From an uncultured Anaerolinea sp. (GTDB lineage Bacteria > Chloroflexota > Anaerolineae > Anaerolineales > Anaerolineaceae): a stretch of 64,000 nucleotides of DNA. Made by a program: the position numbers and the translations under genes. The DNA is taken from the NCBI GenBank assembly GCA_964567255.1, contig CAZMMI010000001.1, forward strand, positions 1,247-65,246, in the 5' to 3' direction. The notes beneath the pieces were generated by a model that saw only the letters and a list, made by a program, of their open reading frames with translations, was not told the DNA's origin and ran no database searches. This document shows, one piece after another, positions 8,669-17,900 of the stretch. Each line of letters starts with the position of its first letter. Position 1 is the first letter of the stretch.

Positions 8669-11600
8669 ATGTCTCAAAACACGGTCTTGTTCCATTCGAT
8701 GTCGACGCGAAGAACAACTTGGGCCAATTCTCTGCGAGTGCTTAGGGCGCTCGTCATTTTAACCTATCTGCTCTCGTTGATATGGGCGCCTACACTCAAT
8801 GTGCAGGCAGCCACAACCATAACCTTTACGGCGGAGGAGTTGTTGGGCAAACCCACAGACACCTCGGTGGCAGTAAACATCGTCCCCGCGGCCGACATTG
8901 AGTATCACTATCAATATGGCACCGAGGCGGGCAACTATACTGCTTCAACACCCAATGTGACTGGCATGGCCGGTCAGCCGAGTGAGGTGGTCATCACCGG
9001 TTTGAGCCCCAATACGCAGTATTACTACCGGATGCAGTACCACGCCCCGGGGGAGGCAATGGATGACTGGAACAGTCGCCCAGAGCATTCCTTCTGGACG
9101 CAGCGCGCACCGGGTCAGCCATTCATCTTCACCGTCACTTCCGACTCGCACGCTCAATTAACCGGCAACTTTCCGAATGCGATGACCAATATTTTGAACG
9201 AGGATCCCGATTTCACCGTTGACCTGGGCGATACCTTTATGATTGACAACGCCACCACGCAGACAGCGGTCAACAACGCTTACCTGGCTTACCGGGAACC
9301 GGCTTATTTTGACCGGATTGGCGGCTCGGTGCCCATCTTCCTGACGCCTGGGAACCACGAGAATGAGGAGGGATGGAACTTCGACGACGCTTTCAGCCTG
9401 CCTCTGGCAAGCATTCAAGCCAGAAAGTTGTATTATCCTATCCCCGTTCAGGATGGTTTTTATTCCGCAAACACAGACCTATTGTCTTCCATCGATGCTG
9501 GAACGTATGGCGATCAGTATCGTGAAGATTACTACGCCTGGACCTGGGGCGATGCATTGTTTGTGGTCATCGATGAGTTTCAATACACCATGGATTTGCC
9601 CTACACCGCTACAGCGGGAGAGGGCAGTGAGGCGGTTACCGGTGATCAATGGAGCTGGACGCTGGGTCAGCAGCAATTTGAATGGCTGAGACAAACGCTT
9701 GAGAACAGCAGCGCGCCTTACAAATTCATCTTCTCCCACCAGATGACGGGTGGAATCACCCGGGCTATTTCTGGCGTGGGCGCGGGTTATGTCCGCGGAG
9801 GCGCCGAAGCTGCTGCTTACTTTGAGTGGGGTGGAGCGAATTCGGATGGTTCGGACGGCTTCGCTAGCAATCGGGACCCTGCAGAATTTGGCACCGAGCC
9901 CATTCATCAGTTGATGGTCGCAAACGGGGTCAGTGCATACTTCCACGGTCATGACCATCAGTATGCATACGAGACCCGCGATGGCATCGTTTATCAAGAG
10001 GTGCCTTCCCCCAGCATGAGCGGCTCGGGGTTCAGCGGCATTTACACCGAGGGCGACCATGGTACCTATAACACCATCCGGGTTTTGCCGAACTCCGGCC
10101 ATTTGCGCATTTCGGTCACTCCAGAACAGGCAACGGTAGATTACATTTCCTCTGCTTCAACCAGCGGCACCGTCACCTACTCTTATACGATCGTGCCTCA
10201 CGCACCAGGAACAACATACACCTTGACCACCGGGGTGAACCCGGCTGAGGGCGGGACGGTCAGCCCGGCAGCAGGGGCTCACACCTACGCTGAAGGCGCA
10301 TCGGTTCCGGTCACTGCCACGCCTGCGACCGGGTTCGTTTTCTCGGAGTGGAGCGGGGCATGCAGCGGAACAGCGCCGTGCACGGTGACGATGAACTCGG
10401 ACCAGAGCGTGACGGCCAACTTCACTGCCGTGCCAACCTTCAATCTGACCACGGCAGTGATGCCTTCCGGCGCGGGAACGATCTCTCCGGCGTCAGGAAC
10501 GCATGCCTATAACCAGGGAACAGTGGTGCCGGTGACCGCGGTGCCCGGTGCGGGATATGCTTTCTCGAGTTGGGGCGGTGCGTGCGCGGGAACGGGGCCG
10601 TGCTCTGTGACGATGAACTCTGACCAGATCGTCACCGCGAACTTCACGGGCAGCGCCTTGCCAATTACCTTCACTGGAACGGAGTTCCTGGGACGGCCTG
10701 AGGATACATCGATCTCGGTGAGCGTCGTTCCAGATGCTGCCATTTCCTTGTATTACGAGTACGGCACTGTATCGGGGACTTATGCAAGTGTTACGCCGGC
10801 GATCAGCGTCGCGGCTGGACAGCCCCAGGTGGTGACCATCACCGGGTTGACCCCGAACATGCATTACTACTACCGGATGCAGTACAGCCCGGATGGCGGG
10901 GCTAGCTGGATTGCTCGCCCCGAAGGGTCCTTCTGGACGCAACGGGCTGCGGGGAGCACCTACTCCTTCACGATCACCTCTGATTCGCATATCAATATCA
11001 TGTTGGGAGACTCCGGTGCCTGGACGGACACATTGAACGATGTCAGGGTGGACAACGCCGACTTTTCCATTGATCTCGGCGACACTGTGGCGATGGACAA
11101 CGGCAGCGCCAGCATCAGTATTGGGGATGTGGCGGCTACCGAGCAGGTTTACAAAGATGTGCTTCCATTCCTCAATATCATCAGCGGCTCCTCTCCCATT
11201 TTCATGCTGCCCGGGAACCACGAACAACAAGAGGCCTGGCACCAACTGGAACCTGTAGCCAACAGCCTGCCCATCATGAGCAAGAACGCCGAAAAGAAGT
11301 TCTTACTCAACCCGCTTCCCGACTCGTTCTACAACGGAGACACCGCAACCAATCCCTATCTGAGCGGTGACCAACTGCAACAGGCTTACTACGCCTGGGA
11401 GTGGGGAGACGCTCTCTTTGTGGTGATCAACCCATTCTGGTTCACCACCCCAAAGCCATACACAACCACTGTCGGTGGTGGTGAGACGGATACCAACGGG
11501 TCGGGTAACCGCTGGGATTGGACGTTGGGGCAGGAGCAGTTCAACTGGCTGCAAACCACCCTGCAAAACAGCACCGCCAGCTATAAGTTTGTGCTTTCCC

Positions 11601-14600
11601 ACCAAATTGTGGGCGGAAATGGCATGTCTTCGCCGATCAACCAGGTGAATTACGGTCACGGCGGTGTTGATTCCGCCAATTTTGTCGAGTGGGGCGGGAA
11701 CAACACGGATGGCACCACGTACACTTGGGCGACCAATCGCATTGGATGGGGAAGCCTGCCAATTCGTCAGATGATGGAAGCCAACGGCGTGACGGCTTTC
11801 TTCCACGGTCACGATCACCAGTATGCTTACGAGCGACTCAACGGCATGGTTTACCAGGCTGTGCCGTCGGGGAGTTTTAGCGGCTCGTTCGGCACGTATA
11901 CTACGGGAGGCAATTCGGGAAATACGATCTGGGCGGATTCTACGCAGGGCCCCGGTCACCTCAAGGTAACGGTAGGGCCCGAAGAAGCCACCGTCGATTT
12001 TGTTCGCTCGGGAGCTTCATCTCCGGTCTACTCGTATACCATGCTTCCAGCGGGAACCGTAGGTGCGGGCGTGACGCAAGATGGCCCAGTCTATAACAAT
12101 ACCGCCGCAGCAAACGCCAGCAGTGCCAGCCTGAGTGTCAACACAGGGACAGGCAACGAACGCATGATGATGGTGGGCGTCTCCTGGAACTGCGGCAGCA
12201 CGGGACGGGCCATCTCCTCGGTTACCTTTACGCCCTCCGGCGGCAGCGCAGTCAATTTGGAGCCGGTCATCACCCAGCAAGCGGGGACGCAGTTGCGTTA
12301 TGCCGCTATCTACCGTCTGCTCAACCCGCCCGTCGGGGTTGCTGGCACGGTCAATGTCACCTTCTCGGGAGAGGTCAGTAACGGGATTGTGGTGGGCGCG
12401 GCCAACTTCTCAGGAGTGGACCAGGCAGACCCTCTCGGAACACCGGGCGGCGCGGGGTCTACCTCTCAGGGTACCGCTCCTACCGTGACTCTCTCTGGAC
12501 TGGAAGGAGACGAACTCGTCTTCGATACACTGTTTATGGGAGGAAACGACTCTGGACAAACTGTGACGCCTGGCGCCAGCCAGACTCAATTGTGGAGCAA
12601 TTTCTCCTCCAACACGCGCGGTGCGAGCAGCATGGAGCAGGCTTCGGGGAGTTCGGTCACCATGAGTTGGACAGCGTCCTCCTCGGCCTATTGGGCGATT
12701 GCTGCCGTTCCCCTCAACCCGTCTGACGTTACCCCGGTGTGTTACACACTGACATTGAGCCATACGGGCCAGGGCAATAATCCAACCGCCACTCCTGGGC
12801 AATCGACGAGTTGCGCGGTTCCCGGGCAGTACGAGGCAGGTCAGGCGATCTCTTTGAGTGGGGCGACGCCTGACTCGGGATGGCAGATTGGCAGTTGGAC
12901 GGGCACGGCCAATGACAGCAGCACAGCAGCCACCAACACCCTGACGATGCCTTCCAATGACCACACGGTTGCGGTAAATTTCACTGCCTTGCCAACTTAC
13001 ACCATTACGGCCTCGGCTGGAGCCAATGGAAGCATTTCTCCGTCGGGAAGCGTGCCGGTAAGCCAGGGGAGTAACCAAAGCTTTACTATCACCCCGGCGG
13101 CGAGCTATCACGTGGCGGATGTTCTGGTGGACGGCGCCTCGGTAGGGGCGGTGACAAGCTATACGTTCACGAATGTCACAGCCAACCATGCCATAGCCGC
13201 CACTTTCTCGGCAGACAACGTGTCTCCGGTGGCGGTGAACGATAGCTACAGCACCAACATGAACACCGCCTTAAGTGTGGCTGCTCCAGGCGTACTGACA
13301 AACGATACGGATGCGAATCTGGATCCTCTGACCGCTATCCGAATGAGCGATCCGCAGCATGGCACGTTGACCCTCAACGCAAACGGTTCCTTCACGTACA
13401 CGCCTGAAACGGACTTTACGGGCGATGATACCTTCACCTATCAAGCCAACGATGGCGCCCTCAACAGTAACACAGCCACCGTTACCATCAATGTCAGCAA
13501 TAGTTTGCCCCCTGTGTTGCCCTCCAGTTTCTATGGTGAGATCCATATTCTTACCAATCCGCCCACACCTGGGCAACTCATCTACGCCTACGTGCCGGGG
13601 GTGGCGGACCCGGTGGCAAACGATGTGATTAGTAACGCCACGCCGCTGAACTTCTCGATGGATGTTCCCGGTGACTCGACCGCTACACCGGCCAAGGACG
13701 GCGGCGTCAGCGGCGACACCATTACCTTCCGCATCGATGGGCGAATCGTTGCCACACATGCCTGGGTCGGCGGGACCAACGTCCGCCTGGATATTCATCC
13801 ACCGGAAGCGGTCGCGGGTGGGCCGTATTCGGGGGACGAAGGCGCTTCGATTAGTTTCTCCGGTTCGGCAAACGATTGGGGCTCCGACAGCTCTACCTAC
13901 CAGTGGGATTGGAATAACAACGGCGTCTACGATGCTTCGGGACAGACTCCAAACCACACCTGGAACGATAACGGCGCCGTGACGGTTGGCATGAAAGTGA
14001 CCGATTTGCAAGGCGGCGAGGGTTTCACCACCTTCACTGTGACCATTCTGGACGTGCTGCCGGGCAATGTGGACGCCGGCGGGCCGTACTCAGGGTCCAC
14101 CGGCCAGTCGATCTCCTTGAACGGGTCGGCAAACTGCGCCGCGGTGGACACCTGCTCGTTTGCCTGGGACCTGGATGGTGACGCGGCTTACGATGACGCC
14201 ACGGGGATGACTCCCAGTTACGTCTGGAACGCGGCCGGTGATTTCACCATCGGGCTGCGAGTCAGCGATGAAGACGGCAACGCCGTGACCGACACAGCCA
14301 CCGTCCACATCACTCCCGGCAATATGGAAATCTCGTTGGTGGCGGGCTGGAACCTGGTCTCCTTCAATCTGGCGCCGACCGACCCTGCCATTGCCACGGT
14401 TCTCAACAGTATTGCGGGGAACTACGATCTGGTTTATGCATGGGACGCTCAGGCAAGCAATTGGCTGAAATACGCGCCCAATGTGGGCTACGGCGACACG
14501 CTGACCGAACTGGACGAGACCAGCGCTTTCTGGATTCGGATGACGGCAGCGGATACGCTGGTGGTGTCTGGTACCGTCCCAACGACGACGGATATCCCCT

Positions 14601-14845
14601 TATTCACGGGATGGAACATGGTCGGTTACCCCAGCGCGGATCCCCTGGAATTGCCCGGTGCGTTCAGCGATCACGGCGTGGGAACCGATTTCAGCCTGGT
14701 CTATGCCTATCATGCAGCCGATAGCGACGTGTGGAAGAAATACGATCGCACGGCTCCGATCGGAAACGACTTGCTGGAACTGGTTCCGGGCTATGGGTAT
14801 TGGGTTCAGGTAAGCGCGAACCACACCTGGGTTGTGGGTTACTAA
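8669..14845 (+). CDS. Giant secreted mosaic protein P1 (about 2058 aa) with two metallophosphoesterase units
   Basis: The track ORF is 8456-14845 with a TTG start. I prefer the ATG at 8669, which gives a signal peptide (..LIWAPTLNVQA|AT). There are two units of [FN3-like purple-acid-phosphatase N-domain + MPE with DSH / GDT..D / GNHE / SHQ / GHDH]. These are followed by two InlB-B-type repeats, an SWNCGST module, further InlB-B-like repeats, a cadherin-like/VCBS Ig module (VAVNDSYST..), an FYG module, two PKD domains and the shared C-terminal Trp-rich domain. Confidence 0.85.
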   Translation: MSQNTVLFHSMSTRRTTWANSLRVLRALVILTYLLSLIWAPTLNVQAATTITFTAEELLGKPTDTSVAVNIVPAADIEYHYQYGTEAGNYTASTPNVTGMAGQPSEVVITGLSPNTQYYYRMQYHAPGEAMDDWNSRPEHSFWTQRAPGQPFIFTVTSDSHAQLTGNFPNAMTNILNEDPDFTVDLGDTFMIDNATTQTAVNNAYLAYREPAYFDRIGGSVPIFLTPGNHENEEGWNFDDAFSLPLASIQARKLYYPIPVQDGFYSANTDLLSSIDAGTYGDQYREDYYAWTWGDALFVVIDEFQYTMDLPYTATAGEGSEAVTGDQWSWTLGQQQFEWLRQTLENSSAPYKFIFSHQMTGGITRAISGVGAGYVRGGAEAAAYFEWGGANSDGSDGFASNRDPAEFGTEPIHQLMVANGVSAYFHGHDHQYAYETRDGIVYQEVPSPSMSGSGFSGIYTEGDHGTYNTIRVLPNSGHLRISVTPEQATVDYISSASTSGTVTYSYTIVPHAPGTTYTLTTGVNPAEGGTVSPAAGAHTYAEGASVPVTATPATGFVFSEWSGACSGTAPCTVTMNSDQSVTANFTAVPTFNLTTAVMPSGAGTISPASGTHAYNQGTVVPVTAVPGAGYAFSSWGGACAGTGPCSVTMNSDQIVTANFTGSALPITFTGTEFLGRPEDTSISVSVVPDAAISLYYEYGTVSGTYASVTPAISVAAGQPQVVTITGLTPNMHYYYRMQYSPDGGASWIARPEGSFWTQRAAGSTYSFTITSDSHINIMLGDSGAWTDTLNDVRVDNADFSIDLGDTVAMDNGSASISIGDVAATEQVYKDVLPFLNIISGSSPIFMLPGNHEQQEAWHQLEPVANSLPIMSKNAEKKFLLNPLPDSFYNGDTATNPYLSGDQLQQAYYAWEWGDALFVVINPFWFTTPKPYTTTVGGGETDTNGSGNRWDWTLGQEQFNWLQTTLQNSTASYKFVLSHQIVGGNGMSSPINQVNYGHGGVDSANFVEWGGNNTDGTTYTWATNRIGWGSLPIRQMMEANGVTAFFHGHDHQYAYERLNGMVYQAVPSGSFSGSFGTYTTGGNSGNTIWADSTQGPGHLKVTVGPEEATVDFVRSGASSPVYSYTMLPAGTVGAGVTQDGPVYNNTAAANASSASLSVNTGTGNERMMMVGVSWNCGSTGRAISSVTFTPSGGSAVNLEPVITQQAGTQLRYAAIYRLLNPPVGVAGTVNVTFSGEVSNGIVVGAANFSGVDQADPLGTPGGAGSTSQGTAPTVTLSGLEGDELVFDTLFMGGNDSGQTVTPGASQTQLWSNFSSNTRGASSMEQASGSSVTMSWTASSSAYWAIAAVPLNPSDVTPVCYTLTLSHTGQGNNPTATPGQSTSCAVPGQYEAGQAISLSGATPDSGWQIGSWTGTANDSSTAATNTLTMPSNDHTVAVNFTALPTYTITASAGANGSISPSGSVPVSQGSNQSFTITPAASYHVADVLVDGASVGAVTSYTFTNVTANHAIAATFSADNVSPVAVNDSYSTNMNTALSVAAPGVLTNDTDANLDPLTAIRMSDPQHGTLTLNANGSFTYTPETDFTGDDTFTYQANDGALNSNTATVTINVSNSLPPVLPSSFYGEIHILTNPPTPGQLIYAYVPGVADPVANDVISNATPLNFSMDVPGDSTATPAKDGGVSGDTITFRIDGRIVATHAWVGGTNVRLDIHPPEAVAGGPYSGDEGASISFSGSANDWGSDSSTYQWDWNNNGVYDASGQTPNHTWNDNGAVTVGMKVTDLQGGEGFTTFTVTILDVLPGNVDAGGPYSGSTGQSISLNGSANCAAVDTCSFAWDLDGDAAYDDATGMTPSYVWNAAGDFTIGLRVSDEDGNAVTDTATVHITPGNMEISLVAGWNLVSFNLAPTDPAIATVLNSIAGNYDLVYAWDAQASNWLKYAPNVGYGDTLTELDETSAFWIRMTAADTLVVSGTVPTTTDIPLFTGWNMVGYPSADPLELPGAFSDHGVGTDFSLVYAYHAADSDVWKKYDRTAPIGNDLLELVPGYGYWVQVSANHTWVVGY

Positions 14846-14857
14846 CAGATGATAGAC

Positions 14858-14910
14858 GCGGCAGGCTTGGCTAGAGAGACACGGGGAACCTTTCTAGCCG
14901 GGCCTGCCGC
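14858..14910 (+). terminator. Strong intercistronic hairpin after P1
   Basis: GCGGCAGGC-tt-GGCTAGA...TCTAGCC-gg-GCCTGCCGC gives 16 paired bases. It starts 13 nt after the P1 stop and is followed by cagTTTGTGTTGTGG. Confidence 0.5.
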
Positions 14911-14998
14911 CAGTTTGTGTTGTGGCGTCCAAACGCCCGTTCTCCGAAATATGACCAGCTTGCGGAAAGCATTGCTTTTGATCTTGTACGGAGGGAAC

Positions 14999-17900
14999 AT
15001 GCACCACCCATTCAATGCTCGCTTGATTTCGCTTTTTATCATCCTGAGTGTGCTGTTTAGCGCGCTTGGGTTGCCCGCGACAGTAGTTCAGGCCGCCGCC
15101 GTGATCACCTTTAGCGGCACAGAGCTTCTGGGTCGCCCAACATCCAGCTCGGTCACTATCAACATTGTTCCCGATATCACGATCGAATATCACTACGAAT
15201 ATGGCATTGCGCCGGGGACGTATACTGCTCAAACGGGTAATGTGACTGCTACGGGCGGACAGCCCAGTGAGGCGGTCTTGTCTGGACTGACTGCGAATAC
15301 CCGGTATTACTACCGGATGCAGTATCATGCCCCGGGCGACCCAGCGGATGACTGGGTGAACCGCACCGAGCATTCGTTCTGGACGCAGCGTACGGAAGGA
15401 AGCGCGTTCTCGTTCAGTATCACTTCCGATTCGCATGTGAACATTATGCTGGGCAATGCGGCTACCTGGACGCAGACTATGACCAATATTGCCGGCGCAG
15501 CGCCGGATTTTCAAATTGATCTGGGCGATACCTTTGCCATGGATTCGGTCACAACAGCCAACGCAGCGGATGCGGCCTATCTGTATCAACGCCAATTTTT
15601 TGACCTTGTCGGTCATTCCACGCCGATCTTCCTGGCTGCAGGCAATCACGAACAACAAGAGGGCTGGCATCTCGATGATACAGGCAGTCCGCCGGTGCTT
15701 TCGACCAATGCGCAGAAGAAGTACTACGTCAACCCGGCGCCAGACGGTTTTTACACAGGCGACACGGAAACCGTGCCGGAACTGGATGGCGACCACCTGC
15801 GCGAGGATTATTATGCCTGGACCTGGGGCGACGCACTCTTTGTAGTCATTGATCCCTTTTGGTTTACTACGACCAAGCCATTCATCGGTACCACGGGCGG
15901 CGGTGAAGAGAACGAAGGTTCTGGTAACCGCTGGGATTGGACGTTGGGCCAGACTCAGTTCAACTGGCTTCGGACGACCCTTGAAGGAAGCGATGCGCGG
16001 TACAAATTCGTCTTTGCCCACCACATGACCGGCGGATCGGACGATTATGTCCGTGGCGGGGCCAACCCGGCACACCTGGTTGAATGGGGTGGATACAACG
16101 AGGCGGGCACGACCTACGAATGGGAAAGCCAACGACCCGAATGGGGCAGCGAGCCGGTGCATCAGATATTTGTCACCAATCACGTCAGCGCCTTCTTTCA
16201 TGGGCACGATCACCAATATGGTTACGAATCTCGGGACGGTGTGGTGTATCAAGCCCTTCCCGCCGCTGGGTTCTCGGGGAGCGGGTTTGGTATCTATACC
16301 TCCGAGGAGGGGTACACCATCCAGGCGATGCCCAGCCCGGGTCACTTACAGGTATCGGTGAATTCCACCCAGACCACGGTGGATTACATCGCGACGAGCG
16401 GCGCAACCGTGAATTACTCATACGCTATTGCGCCCTTTTCGGAGCCCGATTTCACCATTACCGCCACGGCAGGTCTGAATGGTAGTATCAGCCCGGCGGG
16501 TGTTGTGGGTGTGGTCTCGGGCGCGAACCAGAGTTTCAGCATTACGCCCAATTCCGGCTACCAGGTGGGCGATGTGCTGGTGGATGGTGCCTCGGTTGGC
16601 CCCGTGACCGTGTATGAATTTACCAATGTTGTGGCCAATCACACGATTGAATCCAGCTTTGAGCAAAGCTCGCTGACTTCGCCTGTTTTGGACGGAGCCG
16701 TATCCAGTGGTACCGCGGCGAGCGGCAGCAGCATTACGGTCAATCACACCACCGGCACAGGGGCAGACCGCCTGATGCTGGCAGGGATCTCCTGGAACTG
16801 TGGCTCTACAGGGCGTACCATCTCATCGGTTACCTTTACGCCCTCCGGCGGCAGCGCCGTGAACCTGGAGCCAGTCATCACCCAACAAGCCGGGACGCAA
16901 TTGCGTTACGCGGCCATTTACAGCTTGCTCAACCCGCCCAGCGGGACGGCAGGAACACTGACGGTCACCTTCTCGGGATCGGTGGGCAGCGGGATTGTGG
17001 CAGGAGCAGCGAACTTCATGGGGGTGAACCAAACGACTCCACTTGGCACGCCGGGTGGAGCGGGCCCGAGCTCCGGAACTACTACCCCCACTGTGACCCT
17101 CACCGGTTTGAGTGGCAGTGAGCTCGTTTTTGACACCGTGTTCATGGGCGGAAGTGGTTCTTCGCAGACGTTAACTCCTGACACAGACCAATCCCAATTA
17201 TGGAATGATTTTGCCGGGAATACGCGGGCAGCGGCCAGCACAGCGTTAGCCGCGGGCAGCTCTGTGACCATGAATTGGACGGCGGCGAGTTCGGCTTACT
17301 GGGCGATTGCTGCTGTTCCGATCAATCCAGCCCCTTCTGGGCCCCCCACCTATACCCTCAGCATGGCGGCATCTCCATCCATCGGCGGGACGGCAACAGA
17401 CTTGACCGGTACGTCTCCTTATGAATCTGGCGAGGTGGTGAGTATCAGCGCCGCTCCGGTTGCCGGGTATCACTTCGTGAATTGGTCGGCTCCGGCAGGC
17501 GCTTTTGGAGATGCCAACGCAGCTTCTACCACCTTCACGATGCCCACTCAGACGGTTACTGTGACAGCCAACTTTGCCCCTGATTTCACTTATGCGCTGG
17601 ACATGGCCGTGTCACCTGGCGGCGGGGGGACTGCTACGGATCTCACCGGGGCCTCTCCCTATGGCCCAGGTATGGTGGTGAATATCAGCGGCGCGGCTGC
17701 ATCCGGGTACCGCTTTGTTAACTGGACGGCACCGGCGGGGACGTTTGGAGATCCGAACCTGGCTGCCACAACGTTCACCATGCCCGCCCAAGCAGTTACC
17801 GTGACGGCAAATTTTGCCCCGGCGGTGACCCTGGATGGGGCCGTCGTCACCAGTACAGGGGCTGCAAATGCCAGCAGCGCCTCCGTGGCTGTTGATACTG

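Noticed and set aside
10493-14011. Several 200-260-aa minus-strand ORFs (10493-11245, 11303-11959, 12410-13189, 13271-14011)
   Set aside because: All are antisense to P1, are low-complexity and Arg/Gly-rich, and have no start context. The + strand reading frame is continuous and domain-rich.
14849-14998. N-terminal extension of P2
   Set aside because: The extension would translate through the strong hairpin at 14858-14910. The ATG at 14999 has GGAGGG upstream and yields a canonical signal peptide.
14894-16345. 483-aa minus-strand ORF
   Set aside because: It lies entirely antisense to P2. Its Arg/Gly/Pro-rich composition shows no motifs. The sense strand carries clear metallophosphoesterase motifs. 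This is a typical spurious antisense ORF in G+C-rich coding DNA.
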